A model generated the notes under the pieces. It did no database searches and was not told the DNA's origin. It saw only the letters and a list, made by a program, of their open reading frames with translations. A program made the translations under genes and the position numbers. From Thermoplasmata archaeon (GTDB lineage Archaea; Thermoplasmatota; Thermoplasmata; RBG-16-68-12; JAFNFQ01): 61,987 nucleotides of DNA. The stretch's first letter is position 1. Each line of letters starts with the position of its first letter. The stretch covers positions 1-61,987 of the forward strand of contig JBGPQV010000015.1 in the NCBI GenBank assembly GCA_041489255.1, written 5' to 3'. This document shows positions 46,103 to 55,766 of this stretch, one piece after another.

Positions 46103-46257
46103 ATCGAGTCCTAGGCGATCTCCCCCGACTGGAGCTTCTTGAAGCGGTCCATGACGAAGGGCCACTGGCGCTTGCCCATCCTGGCCGACTCCGCGATGAT
46201 CTTGGCGTACTGCCAGTACATGAGGTCGTTGAGAGTGCGGACGGCGGCGGGCGGCAT
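46103..46257 (-). pseudogene. HNH gene 5' fragment (second copy)
   Basis: Near-identical to 38617-38771 (MPPAAVRTLNDLMYWQYAKIIAESARMGKRQWPFVMDRFKKLQSGEIA*). Confidence 0.85.
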
Positions 46258-46611
46258 GGTCTCCCCCTGATTAGTATCGAATCCCGGATCGTGGACTTAA
46301 ATCCTTGTCCCGCACTCGATGAGGGAGGGGACGGAAAGGGCATACCTCACAGAATATTCGGAGGCAGGGAAGGCGAGGAGCGGCACGACGGTGGTGGTGA
46401 GCCTGGGGACGGGGTCGCCGGGGATAGTCTCAATAGGGGAGGAACGGAGCGCGATGGCAAGTCCGCCGTGAGAGACATCACATGTGAGAGGGGAAGCTGC
46501 TGCGCTTCCAGGCCTAGGGACAGACGGACATGTGATTGACGATAAGGAAGAAGCTGTTTCCGAGTTAGAATCGGTATCTCGCAGCAACTCAATCATCTGA
46601 ATCAAGGCGGA

Positions 46612-47655
46612 ATGTTTAAGCGGTTAGGGAGGGTTACTGGCACTGCAATGGCATTGCCTCTTCCACCGGAATGGCGGTATCAAGAACTTCAGGCCGAAAC
46701 GACGAGCCTCGCAGCCAAGTTCGGAGCGAACTATTCGCCTGCGGCTCCAACGACTGGACCTGAACAGTGGCTCTCGCGCAAGCGAGCCCAAGTGAGATCG
46801 TCCCTCCTCGAAGCCCGGTACGAACACATAGTCCAAAGACGACTCAGCCTTATTCCGGAGAGACTGCCTTTCCCGGTGGATGACATCGTCAATCGACTTA
46901 AGGAGAATGACGAGGAATCTCCATTTCACAATGAGCAATCCAAGCTGCTTGAGCTGGAAACCGATAGGGTGCTGCTGGAATACAATGTGGTGCACCAGAC
47001 TCGAGATGCTGCGCAGAAGCGCAACCGCCTCCGGCGGCGACTTGACGACATTTGGGAGTATCTCGTGGTTCAGGCCAAGTTCATCGATGGGATTGGGAGT
47101 CACAGGCAGGCGAGGTTTGGTCATAATATACATCTGTTCCTTCGCTCCGACATCCCATCATCTTATCTCATCGATATGGGACAGAGCACGCAATGGGAGG
47201 TGGGGGCGCAGGCCGTCGTCCTAAGGGCCGAAGGGAAGCGGCTTGCCGGACTATTGACCGGACGGTCTGCTGAAAAGGTCTCTAGGTCGGAGTTCCTTGG
47301 GGCTAAGCCCTCGCTTCAAAAGATAGACGAAGCGTTCCGCCAATACGTCCAGAAGGTCGGAACGATGATGCAACTCTCTGACACGATCATGGAGTGGCGT
47401 GATGCGTTCGAATATTATGTCGATTTGTTCACCGCGCGAGGATTGCCAGAGTTCCGTCAGCCACATCCAATCAGCTTCGATTCGCTGAATCCTGAGACAA
47501 TCAGACGCCTTTCTTCCGGCCTACAAGGGGCCACCAAGAATGTGAGGCGGACCCTTGTTCGGGACTATCCCGGGGAACTCTCCGCAGTCCATTGGCTCCC
47601 CGACGATGATCCTTTCGCCACGGGCTTCCTGCGATTAGAACTCGAAACCACGTAG
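46612..47655 (+). CDS. Hypothetical helical protein (347 aa)
   Basis: Long ORF ending 9 nt before a PIN gene. Confidence 0.65.
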   Translation: MFKRLGRVTGTAMALPLPPEWRYQELQAETTSLAAKFGANYSPAAPTTGPEQWLSRKRAQVRSSLLEARYEHIVQRRLSLIPERLPFPVDDIVNRLKENDEESPFHNEQSKLLELETDRVLLEYNVVHQTRDAAQKRNRLRRRLDDIWEYLVVQAKFIDGIGSHRQARFGHNIHLFLRSDIPSSYLIDMGQSTQWEVGAQAVVLRAEGKRLAGLLTGRSAEKVSRSEFLGAKPSLQKIDEAFRQYVQKVGTMMQLSDTIMEWRDAFEYYVDLFTARGLPEFRQPHPISFDSLNPETIRRLSSGLQGATKNVRRTLVRDYPGELSAVHWLPDDDPFATGFLRLELETT

Positions 47656-47664
47656 GCTGATTCG

Positions 47665-48384
47665 ATGGCAGTCTTGGTTCTTCTGGACACAAACGTCATT
47701 CTGGCTGCATGCCTGCCGCCCTCCATGGATTCAAAGGGTGGCATGGCCGAGCGATTATTTCGGATTCTGAAGAAGAATGAGATTCGCCCCATGATAACGG
47801 AGACGGTGAAAGAGGAGTTCGAGAAGAAGCTGTACGAAAGAATTGGGTGGATTCTTGACACTCTGCGCTCGCTGTACTCAGGGCCGATGAAGCCCGCGCT
47901 GACCGACGATGTCAACTCTTTGGATATCCTTGAAGGGATTTTCGCGCGGTTGCGGACGGAAACTAAGGAGGCCCTAGGAGCGCTTCAGCTACTTGAAACC
48001 GAAATGGCGGCGAGCATGGAGGAAAAGGAGTCGACAGAGTCTGAGCAATGGGACAATCTGGTTCTGTCACTTACGGCAAAGACGACGATATTGCACGCAG
48101 AAGTCATGAGGCGGTTCGACGCGGCTGGCATCGAGGTCATAGCGAAGCAGCCCTTATCGGACCCAGGGCGGTTCGAGGGGTCTGTCCCCAAGAGCGATGC
48201 GCCGCACATTGCAGCTGCTGAGGCGGTAGCCAAAGCCAAGAGTCGCAAAGTGATCTTCGTGACACTTGACGGTGAGCTTCACGCGAAGAGAGATGAGATC
48301 CATGGAATCGCCTCGGATGTTGTGGTGACGACCCCGCCGTTTCTTCAGAGGCAGATAGAACGGCTCAGTAGCCTCCACCCGTGA
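47665..48384 (+). CDS. PIN-domain protein
   Basis: VLLDTNVI, ITETVKEEF, SDAPHIAAA, FVTLDGEL. Confidence 0.85.
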   Translation: MAVLVLLDTNVILAACLPPSMDSKGGMAERLFRILKKNEIRPMITETVKEEFEKKLYERIGWILDTLRSLYSGPMKPALTDDVNSLDILEGIFARLRTETKEALGALQLLETEMAASMEEKESTESEQWDNLVLSLTAKTTILHAEVMRRFDAAGIEVIAKQPLSDPGRFEGSVPKSDAPHIAAAEAVAKAKSRKVIFVTLDGELHAKRDEIHGIASDVVVTTPPFLQRQIERLSSLHP

Positions 48385-48511
48385 ACTCGGTGGATTTGAA
48401 CATACAGCGCTGCCAATTCGATAGGGATTGCGATGATCCGCCGTCCTCTCATTCAATCCCGTGAGCGATGGTTGACTAACTCCGCGGGAGAGTGCCCCCG
48501 ATTCTCTATGC

Positions 48512-48805
48512 TGCTGCAGATATCCTTCGGTGAGCATCGGCATGACGTTCTTCCCCAAGCGGGTCTCGCCATCGCGAGGGGGACTTGACCAACACCCCCT
48601 ACACCACTATCAGCTGTTTGGCAAGTCCCCCTTTCCCATCTCAAGCCTTGTCACAGCAGGCATGCATCCGCCGCTAATCCCAGAAAACGTCAAGATCAGC
48701 CTCCCATCATACTTCCCGGAGATGCTGATGTCGAACAGGGACGAGACGGCGAGTATTCCTCAAGCTTGGATGGTGCCCCCCGGGGGTTTCACCGAGTGGG
48801 ATCGG
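48512..48805. repeat. ~300-bp dispersed direct repeat R, copy 1
   Basis: Shares gtcacagcaggcatgcatccg, ctaatcccagaaaacgt and tgctgatgtcgaacagggacgagacggcg with 50970-51259. Confidence 0.85.
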
Positions 48806-49181
48806 GGGACGCGCGGGCGCGACACGATCCGAGGAAGAGGTAGAGACGCCCGAGTCGTTAATGAAGTGCGCATCGAAATATTCGCTGTGTGGCCGAAGCA
48901 GGAGTCACCCGATGTCTGGATCGCTTTACACTGAAGAATAACGCGAGCATCGTCGAGGACCGAGGTTCGTCGCTCCTCTTTTCATCGCAATGCCTATGCC
49001 TGATGTAGTGCAATCTCGAATAGTAGGGCTAAAGAGCTTATCTCCTGCTTACCGTTCAACTAGGTAGGCTGGAGAAAGATGCCAAACGTGTATTTTCGCG
49101 ATGAACTCACTCGGGCCAAGGAGGAAATAAAAGTATACCCTGAGAACTCAATTCGCGAGTTACTCCTCAGAACGGCACGGA

Positions 49182-49496
49182 TCATAGTCCAAGGTTGCGC
49201 AGCTTTTTTATGATTTCCTCGCACCCTTTCTCTGACTTTATCCCCAGCAGTTCAACAATGCGCTTTCGATCTTCCTCTCGGGCAATATTGGGCGGCGGCG
49301 AGACGTCCTGTCCCGGATAGCGCTTCTTCAATTCCTCCTTTTCGTCTTTCAGATATAGCCTTCTGAAATGAACATTCCCCTTCGTGTTCGTAGGGTCCCA
49401 GACCGGAATCGCGCGGTTGTCCAGAAGAAACTTGAGAGCTTCGACATCCGTTGTCGGCGTTTTCAATCTCTTCGTCTTCAATTTCACTTTAGCCAT
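49182..49496 (-). CDS. Basic hypothetical protein
   Basis: MAKVKLK... 104 aa, TTAAATATA box upstream. Confidence 0.55.
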   Translation of the reverse strand: MAKVKLKTKRLKTPTTDVEALKFLLDNRAIPVWDPTNTKGNVHFRRLYLKDEKEELKKRYPGQDVSPPPNIAREEDRKRIVELLGIKSEKGCEEIIKKLRNLGL

Positions 49497-49546
49497 CTCT
49501 TGCACCCGCTTCCGACGAAGCGATGACTGCATCCATTGGCCTATAT

Positions 49547-49738
49547 TTAACGGAATGCGGAAAAAGCGAAGATTGACACGACGTCGGCGGTGAGCTTCAG
49601 GACGTAATCGCCGGGGATAGTCTCAATAGGGGAGGAACGGAGCTCCAGTTCGACGGGTAAGCGCGCGGGCGGCCCCGGCTTGGCGTGAGCTTCGGCCTGC
49701 CGTCTGGCCCCCTTCGCCTTCTTAGGCTGCACCGCCAC
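49547..49738 (-). pseudogene. Small, probably truncated gene 'X'; further fragments at ~46350-46470 and ~38870-38925
   Basis: LRSSPIETIPGDYVLKLT here; LRSSPIETIPGDPVPRLT at 46.4 kb, with a shared 36-nt DNA tract. Confidence 0.55.
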
Positions 49739-49750
49739 GACCTAGCCCGC

Positions 49751-50839
49751 CTACTTGCTGAATTCCGTTAATGTCCGCTGGAGCTTCAGACCCGAATCCC
49801 AATCCAAAGTGTCGCCCTCGAACTCGCACCGATAGAGGCCTTGCAGGTTCGAAGGAACCTCAATGCGCTTATCCCAAAGCAGGATGACCTTCTTCTTGTA
49901 AAGAACTGTCGCCGCGCCAATCTCGATCAGGACGTTGTCGTTGATTTTGTAGACCTCAATGCCTTCAGCATCCTTCACCTTTTCGTCTGCGCTGACGATG
50001 GTGATGCCCGCTTGGCACTGGTGCATGTCCGCAATTACCTTCTCTGGAACAGGAATCGCAGTCGCCTCGCGCTCCTGGGACACTACGGCGTTGAACTTTC
50101 CGAACTCCACAATCTGCTTGACTTGGTCGAGGAGGCGCCGATTCTTTCCATGGGCGATGAACACCGAGTGGACGGCGGTGGGCGGAGGGGGAGTAGCGGG
50201 AGAGGGGGGCGTCAACGGTGGCTTCTCCTTTGCGCCCGCGCCGGTGTCTTCTTCCTCCTCACCTCCGAGCTCTGTCAGGACTGGAGGCGGAGCGGCCTCG
50301 CTGGACAACCACTTACCCGTTTGGGCGGTTCGAACCAGCCCCACAAATTCCATGTTTGCTGTGAATATCTCGACGCACTGTGCGGCATGCTCGCGCGGGA
50401 CCTCGAACTCCCTGACGATGGTATTTTGGAGGAAGGATGGGTCCGGTAGTTTCTTTCCCTTCAGGTACTCATATATTCGCCTGAAGGTGGGAGGTGTGAA
50501 GGCGGCGGCAACAAGAGCTTGCTTCTTGGCCTCTTCACTGGTCGGCTCCACAATGTTGCGGCCGTTGTCCTTGATTGCGATTCTGTCCGCCTGGTAGCTT
50601 CCAGTCGTCAGACCGTACTTCAGAGAAGAGGCCAAAATGATCCGGAATCCGGATCCGCCAGGGCTCACTCCGATGGCAATCGCCGTGTCCGTGGGCGGAA
50701 GAGGCTGCCCGCCATTTTTATCCTGCACAGCCTTCGCGACCTTCAGTGCCTCCTGGAGTGTGTGCTTCGGGAAATCGCTCTTGACCTTGCCTCTCAGTCC
50801 ACCGCCGCCCGTTCGAGCTGCCACTCCTTTCTTCTGCAT
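49751..50839 (-). CDS. TIR-like (CAP12/Pycsar-effector type) domain protein with a putative DNA-binding N-terminal domain
   Basis: VFIAHGKN, EKV...M.QCQAGI, NDNVLIEIG (catalytic Glu), VPSNLQG; Pro-rich linker. Confidence 0.8.
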   Translation of the reverse strand: MQKKGVAARTGGGGLRGKVKSDFPKHTLQEALKVAKAVQDKNGGQPLPPTDTAIAIGVSPGGSGFRIILASSLKYGLTTGSYQADRIAIKDNGRNIVEPTSEEAKKQALVAAAFTPPTFRRIYEYLKGKKLPDPSFLQNTIVREFEVPREHAAQCVEIFTANMEFVGLVRTAQTGKWLSSEAAPPPVLTELGGEEEEDTGAGAKEKPPLTPPSPATPPPPTAVHSVFIAHGKNRRLLDQVKQIVEFGKFNAVVSQEREATAIPVPEKVIADMHQCQAGITIVSADEKVKDAEGIEVYKINDNVLIEIGAATVLYKKKVILLWDKRIEVPSNLQGLYRCEFEGDTLDWDSGLKLQRTLTEFSK

Positions 50840-50969
50840 CAACACACCCCTCTTGGGGACATCCTACATGAAGCCTGGGATAATAAAGCTGCGCCAGGAG
50901 AGCTTCAGTGCGGAAATCTCCCGCTGGGCCCCCAAGACATCCTCGATCGGCAGGCCCTGGTGTTGCAGG

Positions 50970-51259
50970 GCAGCTTGGTCCCTCGGCGACCGTCAGGGTG
51001 CCGTTCTTCCCCAATCGGCTACCGCCATCACGATGTAGGCCTGGCAGGCGCCAATGCGTCGTCACCAGACATCTGGCAAGTCCCCCTATCAGATCTCAAC
51101 TTCGTCACAGCAGGCATGCATCCGCTGCTAATCCCAGAAAACGTTAGGACCAGCCTCCCATCATGCTCCCCGGAGTTGCTGATGTCGAACAGGGACGAGA
51201 CGGCGGGTATTCCTCAGGCTAGGATGATGCCCCTCGGAGGTTTCACCGGGTGGGATCGG
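50970..51259. repeat. ~300-bp dispersed direct repeat R, copy 2
   Basis: See copy 1. Confidence 0.85.
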
Positions 51260-51267
51260 CAGCCCTC

Positions 51268-52371
51268 TCAACCTCCAAGCCAACCCAAGAAAGCAGCGGT
51301 CAAGATTGAAAGCATCTCACCGATGGATATTCCACCAAGAGCCACGAGTGCCGCTCTCGCGGCAGATGCAGGCCGACGCGAGCGGCCTATCCACACGCGC
51401 GTCACGATTTTCTCACTGAGGTAACCATAGATAAAAAGGGCGAGCAATCCTGCAGAAAAAACGAAGCCGAACAGGGCTTGTTCCAAGGAGACGGAAGAAA
51501 TAAACTTCCGAACCACAACCGCCATGATGATTCCAGCAGAAACGAAAGCAGCGATACATAATAATGCCAAGAGCCATTGATGTTGAGCGAGAACATCTGG
51601 ATTTGAATGTGACTCGAAGAATCTTTCCAGCCGCTTTTTCTTCGACGAAACCCAGAGCGGCGGGCCACTCAGCGTGACTGTCGATTTGTTTGATCTTGAA
51701 AGTCTCACCTGCGCCTCTGGCGGTCCTCTATAAGTGGAAATCCCGAAAGTGTCGAATTCCGAAGGAAGGGTCGGATCCTCAAGAAGACGGTCTAGACTTT
51801 CCTCGCTAAGGGTGACATTTCCGCTCGAAGCGCTTAGCCGGACATTACGTAATAGAAGTCCTTCGCTGCCCTCTTCCGGCGCCATCAACGAGGCTACTAG
51901 ATCTCGGAGGTCATTCGCAGCCAACTCGCAGGCGGGAATAGGAAGAGTCTCGTCCATCCTCATCGTCTTCTTCCGTTCAGCTTTCATGTCGTGTTGGGTA
52001 ATTGCAGCCCGATATTGTTCGTTGAAGAAGGTCTCGAATGCTGGTTTCATGGCGACGGCGATCTTTTCGGGACCATCAAACTCAAATGATGCAATCGAAC
52101 TGGAAAGGTAGACTGTACCTCTCACCTCGAATCTTGGACCTGAGAATATGATGATGATTATGTCAATATCCTCCAGATTTTGCCTACTTTCCAGAAATTC
52201 TTCAGGAGTGAATCGCCATTTGACACCGGCTGCCTCGACTGAGATGCTTGCGATATTGCAGTCTGACTTCAATTTCTCCCTAGTCGCTTTAAAGAAGTCG
52301 AGGAATGCAGTCACGAATTCTTGTGATGCTCTGAACGGTGGAACAGTTGCTTCGACGCGCAATTGTTCCAT
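51268..52371 (-). CDS. Hypothetical protein with a soluble N-terminal region and three C-terminal TM helices
   Basis: 367-aa ORF with hydrophobic segments after about residue 265. Confidence 0.7.
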   Translation of the reverse strand: MEQLRVEATVPPFRASQEFVTAFLDFFKATREKLKSDCNIASISVEAAGVKWRFTPEEFLESRQNLEDIDIIIIIFSGPRFEVRGTVYLSSSIASFEFDGPEKIAVAMKPAFETFFNEQYRAAITQHDMKAERKKTMRMDETLPIPACELAANDLRDLVASLMAPEEGSEGLLLRNVRLSASSGNVTLSEESLDRLLEDPTLPSEFDTFGISTYRGPPEAQVRLSRSNKSTVTLSGPPLWVSSKKKRLERFFESHSNPDVLAQHQWLLALLCIAAFVSAGIIMAVVVRKFISSVSLEQALFGFVFSAGLLALFIYGYLSEKIVTRVWIGRSRRPASAARAALVALGGISIGEMLSILTAAFLGWLGG

Positions 52372-52923
52372 TATTTGATTTCATCGATATATTGTTTTCG
52401 GAGTGGCGGGCGTTGTCAAATCTCTAGGGATGAAATGCCCCAGAAGGAAGGCTTTCCGCACTTGGCCTATGGAGAACGGAGCACACGATAGGCCACTTCC
52501 GCAGCAGAATATCTCTAACTTCTTGACAATCTCGAAGTTGCGGGCTTCCACTCTCAGTTGGTTGGCTCGAGAATCGGAGTCATTGACAGTTGTATTCCGT
52601 TTGTGGATTCTGTTCTGGATGTACTTGTGTCCGGGGGTAGATGCTCGCGCGTATCAATGTCGCCACCGTACAGCCGATTTCGTCTAATTCGATGTCTTCA
52701 CCAATCATGTGGTCAAGTGCGTCACCCTACACTTAGCAATCTCGGCAGTACTTTCAGAGTGATCTTCAATGGAGAAAGACCGGGCAGCATTCAAGTTATG
52801 TCCGCCTCTTTAGTCTGTAGTATGCACTGCCCATGTGATACGCCGACTGACTAGTCCTGTGACTTGAGACTTGAGAGCCTTGGAATGGTGAAAAAGAGTG
52901 CTGGATCAAGGCACTTGTTTCTC

Positions 52924-54348
52924 TCAGGTGGTTCTCCTTCTGCGATTGCTCTTGGGTCTGCCGTCCTTCGCTGACTTCTCTCGCTCATGTCGAATGCGCT
53001 CCAGCAAAACCGAAGCTGGTTCGTCGTTCAGATCTTGCTCCACCAATTCCCCGCGGAACGCCTTCGCGAGCACCGCTTGGTCGAGCCGGTCGAGCCGTTG
53101 CCGGGCGACTCGGGCCATGGCCTCGACGGCGGAGGCGTGGGAGAAGAGGGACTCGATGTGGGAGACTATGCGACGCTGTTCATGAATGGGCGCAAGAGGT
53201 ATCGGAAAACCCCGAACTTTCTGAGCGTTCACGTTAGACTGAGTTACTGCGGTGGCACATTGTCCGAGCAGCATCTGTCCGTACTGCGACAGCAGATACA
53301 AAAGAACATATCTTGGATACACCGACTCTCTGGATAAGCGAAAGCGGATGACGTAGGCGCTGGGTACCGCTGGTTCGCTTATGCCCTCGAAAATCGCACA
53401 CTTTCCTATGCTCCCACTCCTGGTAACCAAAATATCTCCTTCTTGAAGTCCAACATGCTCAATCTGTTGAGGATCCAGTTGAATGCGGGGAGGATCTTTG
53501 AGTACGATATTACCTCTATCATCCATGTCTGTTGTCCTAATCGTTATGACTCCTTCGGCTCGGTAATCTTCCTTTGCGAATCTGGGTCCATAGAACGTAC
53601 TCTCTGTGAGTTCGCCGATATGTGTCCACGTCCAACCGTCTACCAATTCCCAGGGAGCCTCGACGGTGTTTGACGAGGTTCTTGATCGGTGCTTCTTCCG
53701 ACCTTGTTCTTGGTGTCTTCGTATCCTTTCCAGCAACTTCTCAGCGGGGTCATCACCTTCTTCCCTCTCCGTCAACTCACCCGTGAACGCCTCCGCCAGT
53801 ACCGCCTGCCGGAACCGCTTCATCAGCACCGGCACACGGTCCAACGCTTCGCGGGCGGCTCGGCTCTTCTCGAAGAGCGTCTCGATCTTGGCGATGATGC
53901 GACGTTGCTCTTCTATCGGTGGAACCGGCAGGAGGGAGGCCAGAAAAGGCCCTCTCGTAATGTGTTGCATCCCGGTCCCGTGGACCTGTTCCTTAAGAGA
54001 GCGCAAGACAAACTTGAACGCGTAATACAGGAACCTCTTATCGATATAGGGAAGCACCTTGAAGATGTGCTGATTGAGCACACCTTCTGGCCGATTCCAG
54101 ATGAATGCGTCAAGAGTGGCAGACCACGAGACAAGTAAATCGCCAAGTTTGACGAGGTATTTTCCCTCGATAGCTTTCGAGTAGTAGTGAATCTCTCGCG
54201 TCGACCCAGTCAGATTTTGAATTCTGATTATCGGGCGTCCGGAATCCTCCCATTCCACTGGCTTGAAAGCTCTTCCATTTATGTATTGAGCCACGTCTCC
54301 CAGTTTTGCCCACCCCCATCCCTCAGGCAGTTCCCGTGGCCCCTCCAC
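52924..54348 (-). CDS. hsdS: Type I R-M specificity subunit
   Basis: ELPEGWGW..LGD; two TRDs, each followed by P..EQRRI...IE.LF and QAVLA.AF.GEL conserved repeats. Confidence 0.95.
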   Translation of the reverse strand: MEGPRELPEGWGWAKLGDVAQYINGRAFKPVEWEDSGRPIIRIQNLTGSTREIHYYSKAIEGKYLVKLGDLLVSWSATLDAFIWNRPEGVLNQHIFKVLPYIDKRFLYYAFKFVLRSLKEQVHGTGMQHITRGPFLASLLPVPPIEEQRRIIAKIETLFEKSRAAREALDRVPVLMKRFRQAVLAEAFTGELTEREEGDDPAEKLLERIRRHQEQGRKKHRSRTSSNTVEAPWELVDGWTWTHIGELTESTFYGPRFAKEDYRAEGVITIRTTDMDDRGNIVLKDPPRIQLDPQQIEHVGLQEGDILVTRSGSIGKCAIFEGISEPAVPSAYVIRFRLSRESVYPRYVLLYLLSQYGQMLLGQCATAVTQSNVNAQKVRGFPIPLAPIHEQRRIVSHIESLFSHASAVEAMARVARQRLDRLDQAVLAKAFRGELVEQDLNDEPASVLLERIRHEREKSAKDGRPKSNRRRRTT

Positions 54349-54350
54349 GG

Positions 54351-55766
54351 CTATCGCCCCTTGTTGTTGTTCCCCAGCGCTAGGATCATTTCCTCCAGCG
54401 CATCCTGCGCTGCCTGGAGGTGGGTCCGCGCCTCGCTGGCGAGATCTTCCGGGTCGGGGAGGTTTTCAGAGTCTTCGAGGCTCTCGTCCTTGAGCCAGAA
54501 GATGTCGAGATTGTCACCTCGCTCCTCGATTTGCTTCCGAGTGAAGCGCCGGAATCGTTCGGTATCCTTCCGCCCCCTTTTCGGATGGCCGTTAGGGTTT
54601 GGGCCGTAGGCGTTCTCGAACTCCTTGAAGTAGTCGGTGGTCAAGGGGTGGCCTTTGGTGATCTTCTCGACGTTTGTCCGGAAGTCGTAGACCCAGACCT
54701 CCTCGGTGGACATTCCTTTGCGGAAGAATATTATGTCGGCCTTGACCCCGGGGCTGTAGGGAGTAAAGGTGCCGATGGGGAGGCGGAGAATTGTGTGTAG
54801 GTCGCAATCCTTCATAAGAATCCTCCGAACGTCCCTACCTGCATGCTCCTCGAAAAGAACATTGTCAGGAACCACTATGGCGGCGCGACCACCAGGTTTC
54901 AGGATGTTCATCACGTGCTGCACGAAATTGAGTTGCTTGTTTGCAGTTGGAACAGTGAAATCCCCGCGAGTGGGCACTTCACCAGCTCCTTTTGAGCCGA
55001 ACGGAGGGTTCGTCATCACGCAATCATGGCGGCGGCCAGCGTGTGGTCCCTCCGCCAGAGAATCACCGTAGTAGATATCTACCTCGATTTCATGCAGGTA
55101 GAGGTTCATCAGCGCCAGCCGACGTGTCTCCAGCACGATTTCCCCGCCAGAAAACGTTCGTTTCCTGAGCCTTTCCTTATCTCCGATGGACAGGTCAGCC
55201 CCTTCATGCGTCTGAGTCAACATCCATTCGTACGCACCTATGAGGAATCCCGCAGTACCACAAGCAGGGTCGTGCACGGCGAAATCCGGATGGATCCGGA
55301 TGTCTGGCTTCATGCATCGAACGACGCTCCTGATAGCCTCGCGAGGGGTGAAGTACTGCCCCGCACCTTTCTGCTCGGCGGCATACTTCTGCAACAGACC
55401 CTCGTAAGCCTGAGCTTTCAGATCCACGTCAAGGGCGCCCCAATCCTCATCATCTATCAATCCAACAAGCCGCTTGAGGTTCACCGGCTCCCGGAATTTG
55501 GACAGCGAACCTGCAAAGATGTCTCTAAGCATCCCAGCTTCCTTGGAGAGACGACGTAAGGCGTCATTATAGTGGTCAAGCAGGTCAGTTCCAGACTTGG
55601 ACTTCAATGAGGTCCAATCATATCCCTTCGGGATGGGCACGCCTTTCTCGTCTGCGAGCTTGAGAAACAGCAGATACGTCAATTGCTCGATGTAATCTCC
55701 ATAGCCGATGCCGTCGTGTCGAAGCGTGTTGCAGAAACCCCACAGCTTGCCTACTACGTCCGTCAT
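54351..55766 (-). CDS. hsdM: Type I R-M N6-adenine methyltransferase
   Basis: GAGQYFTPR, DPACGTAGF, TNPPFG, GGRAAIVVPDNVLF. Confidence 0.96.
   Translation of the reverse strand: MTDVVGKLWGFCNTLRHDGIGYGDYIEQLTYLLFLKLADEKGVPIPKGYDWTSLKSKSGTDLLDHYNDALRRLSKEAGMLRDIFAGSLSKFREPVNLKRLVGLIDDEDWGALDVDLKAQAYEGLLQKYAAEQKGAGQYFTPREAIRSVVRCMKPDIRIHPDFAVHDPACGTAGFLIGAYEWMLTQTHEGADLSIGDKERLRKRTFSGGEIVLETRRLALMNLYLHEIEVDIYYGDSLAEGPHAGRRHDCVMTNPPFGSKGAGEVPTRGDFTVPTANKQLNFVQHVMNILKPGGRAAIVVPDNVLFEEHAGRDVRRILMKDCDLHTILRLPIGTFTPYSPGVKADIIFFRKGMSTEEVWVYDFRTNVEKITKGHPLTTDYFKEFENAYGPNPNGHPKRGRKDTERFRRFTRKQIEERGDNLDIFWLKDESLEDSENLPDPEDLASEARTHLQAAQDALEEMILALGNNNKGR

Noticed and set aside
53000-53935. Internal repeats in hsdS as a phase-variable shufflon
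   Set aside because: They are the normal direct conserved regions; no inverted silent TRDs or recombinase nearby.
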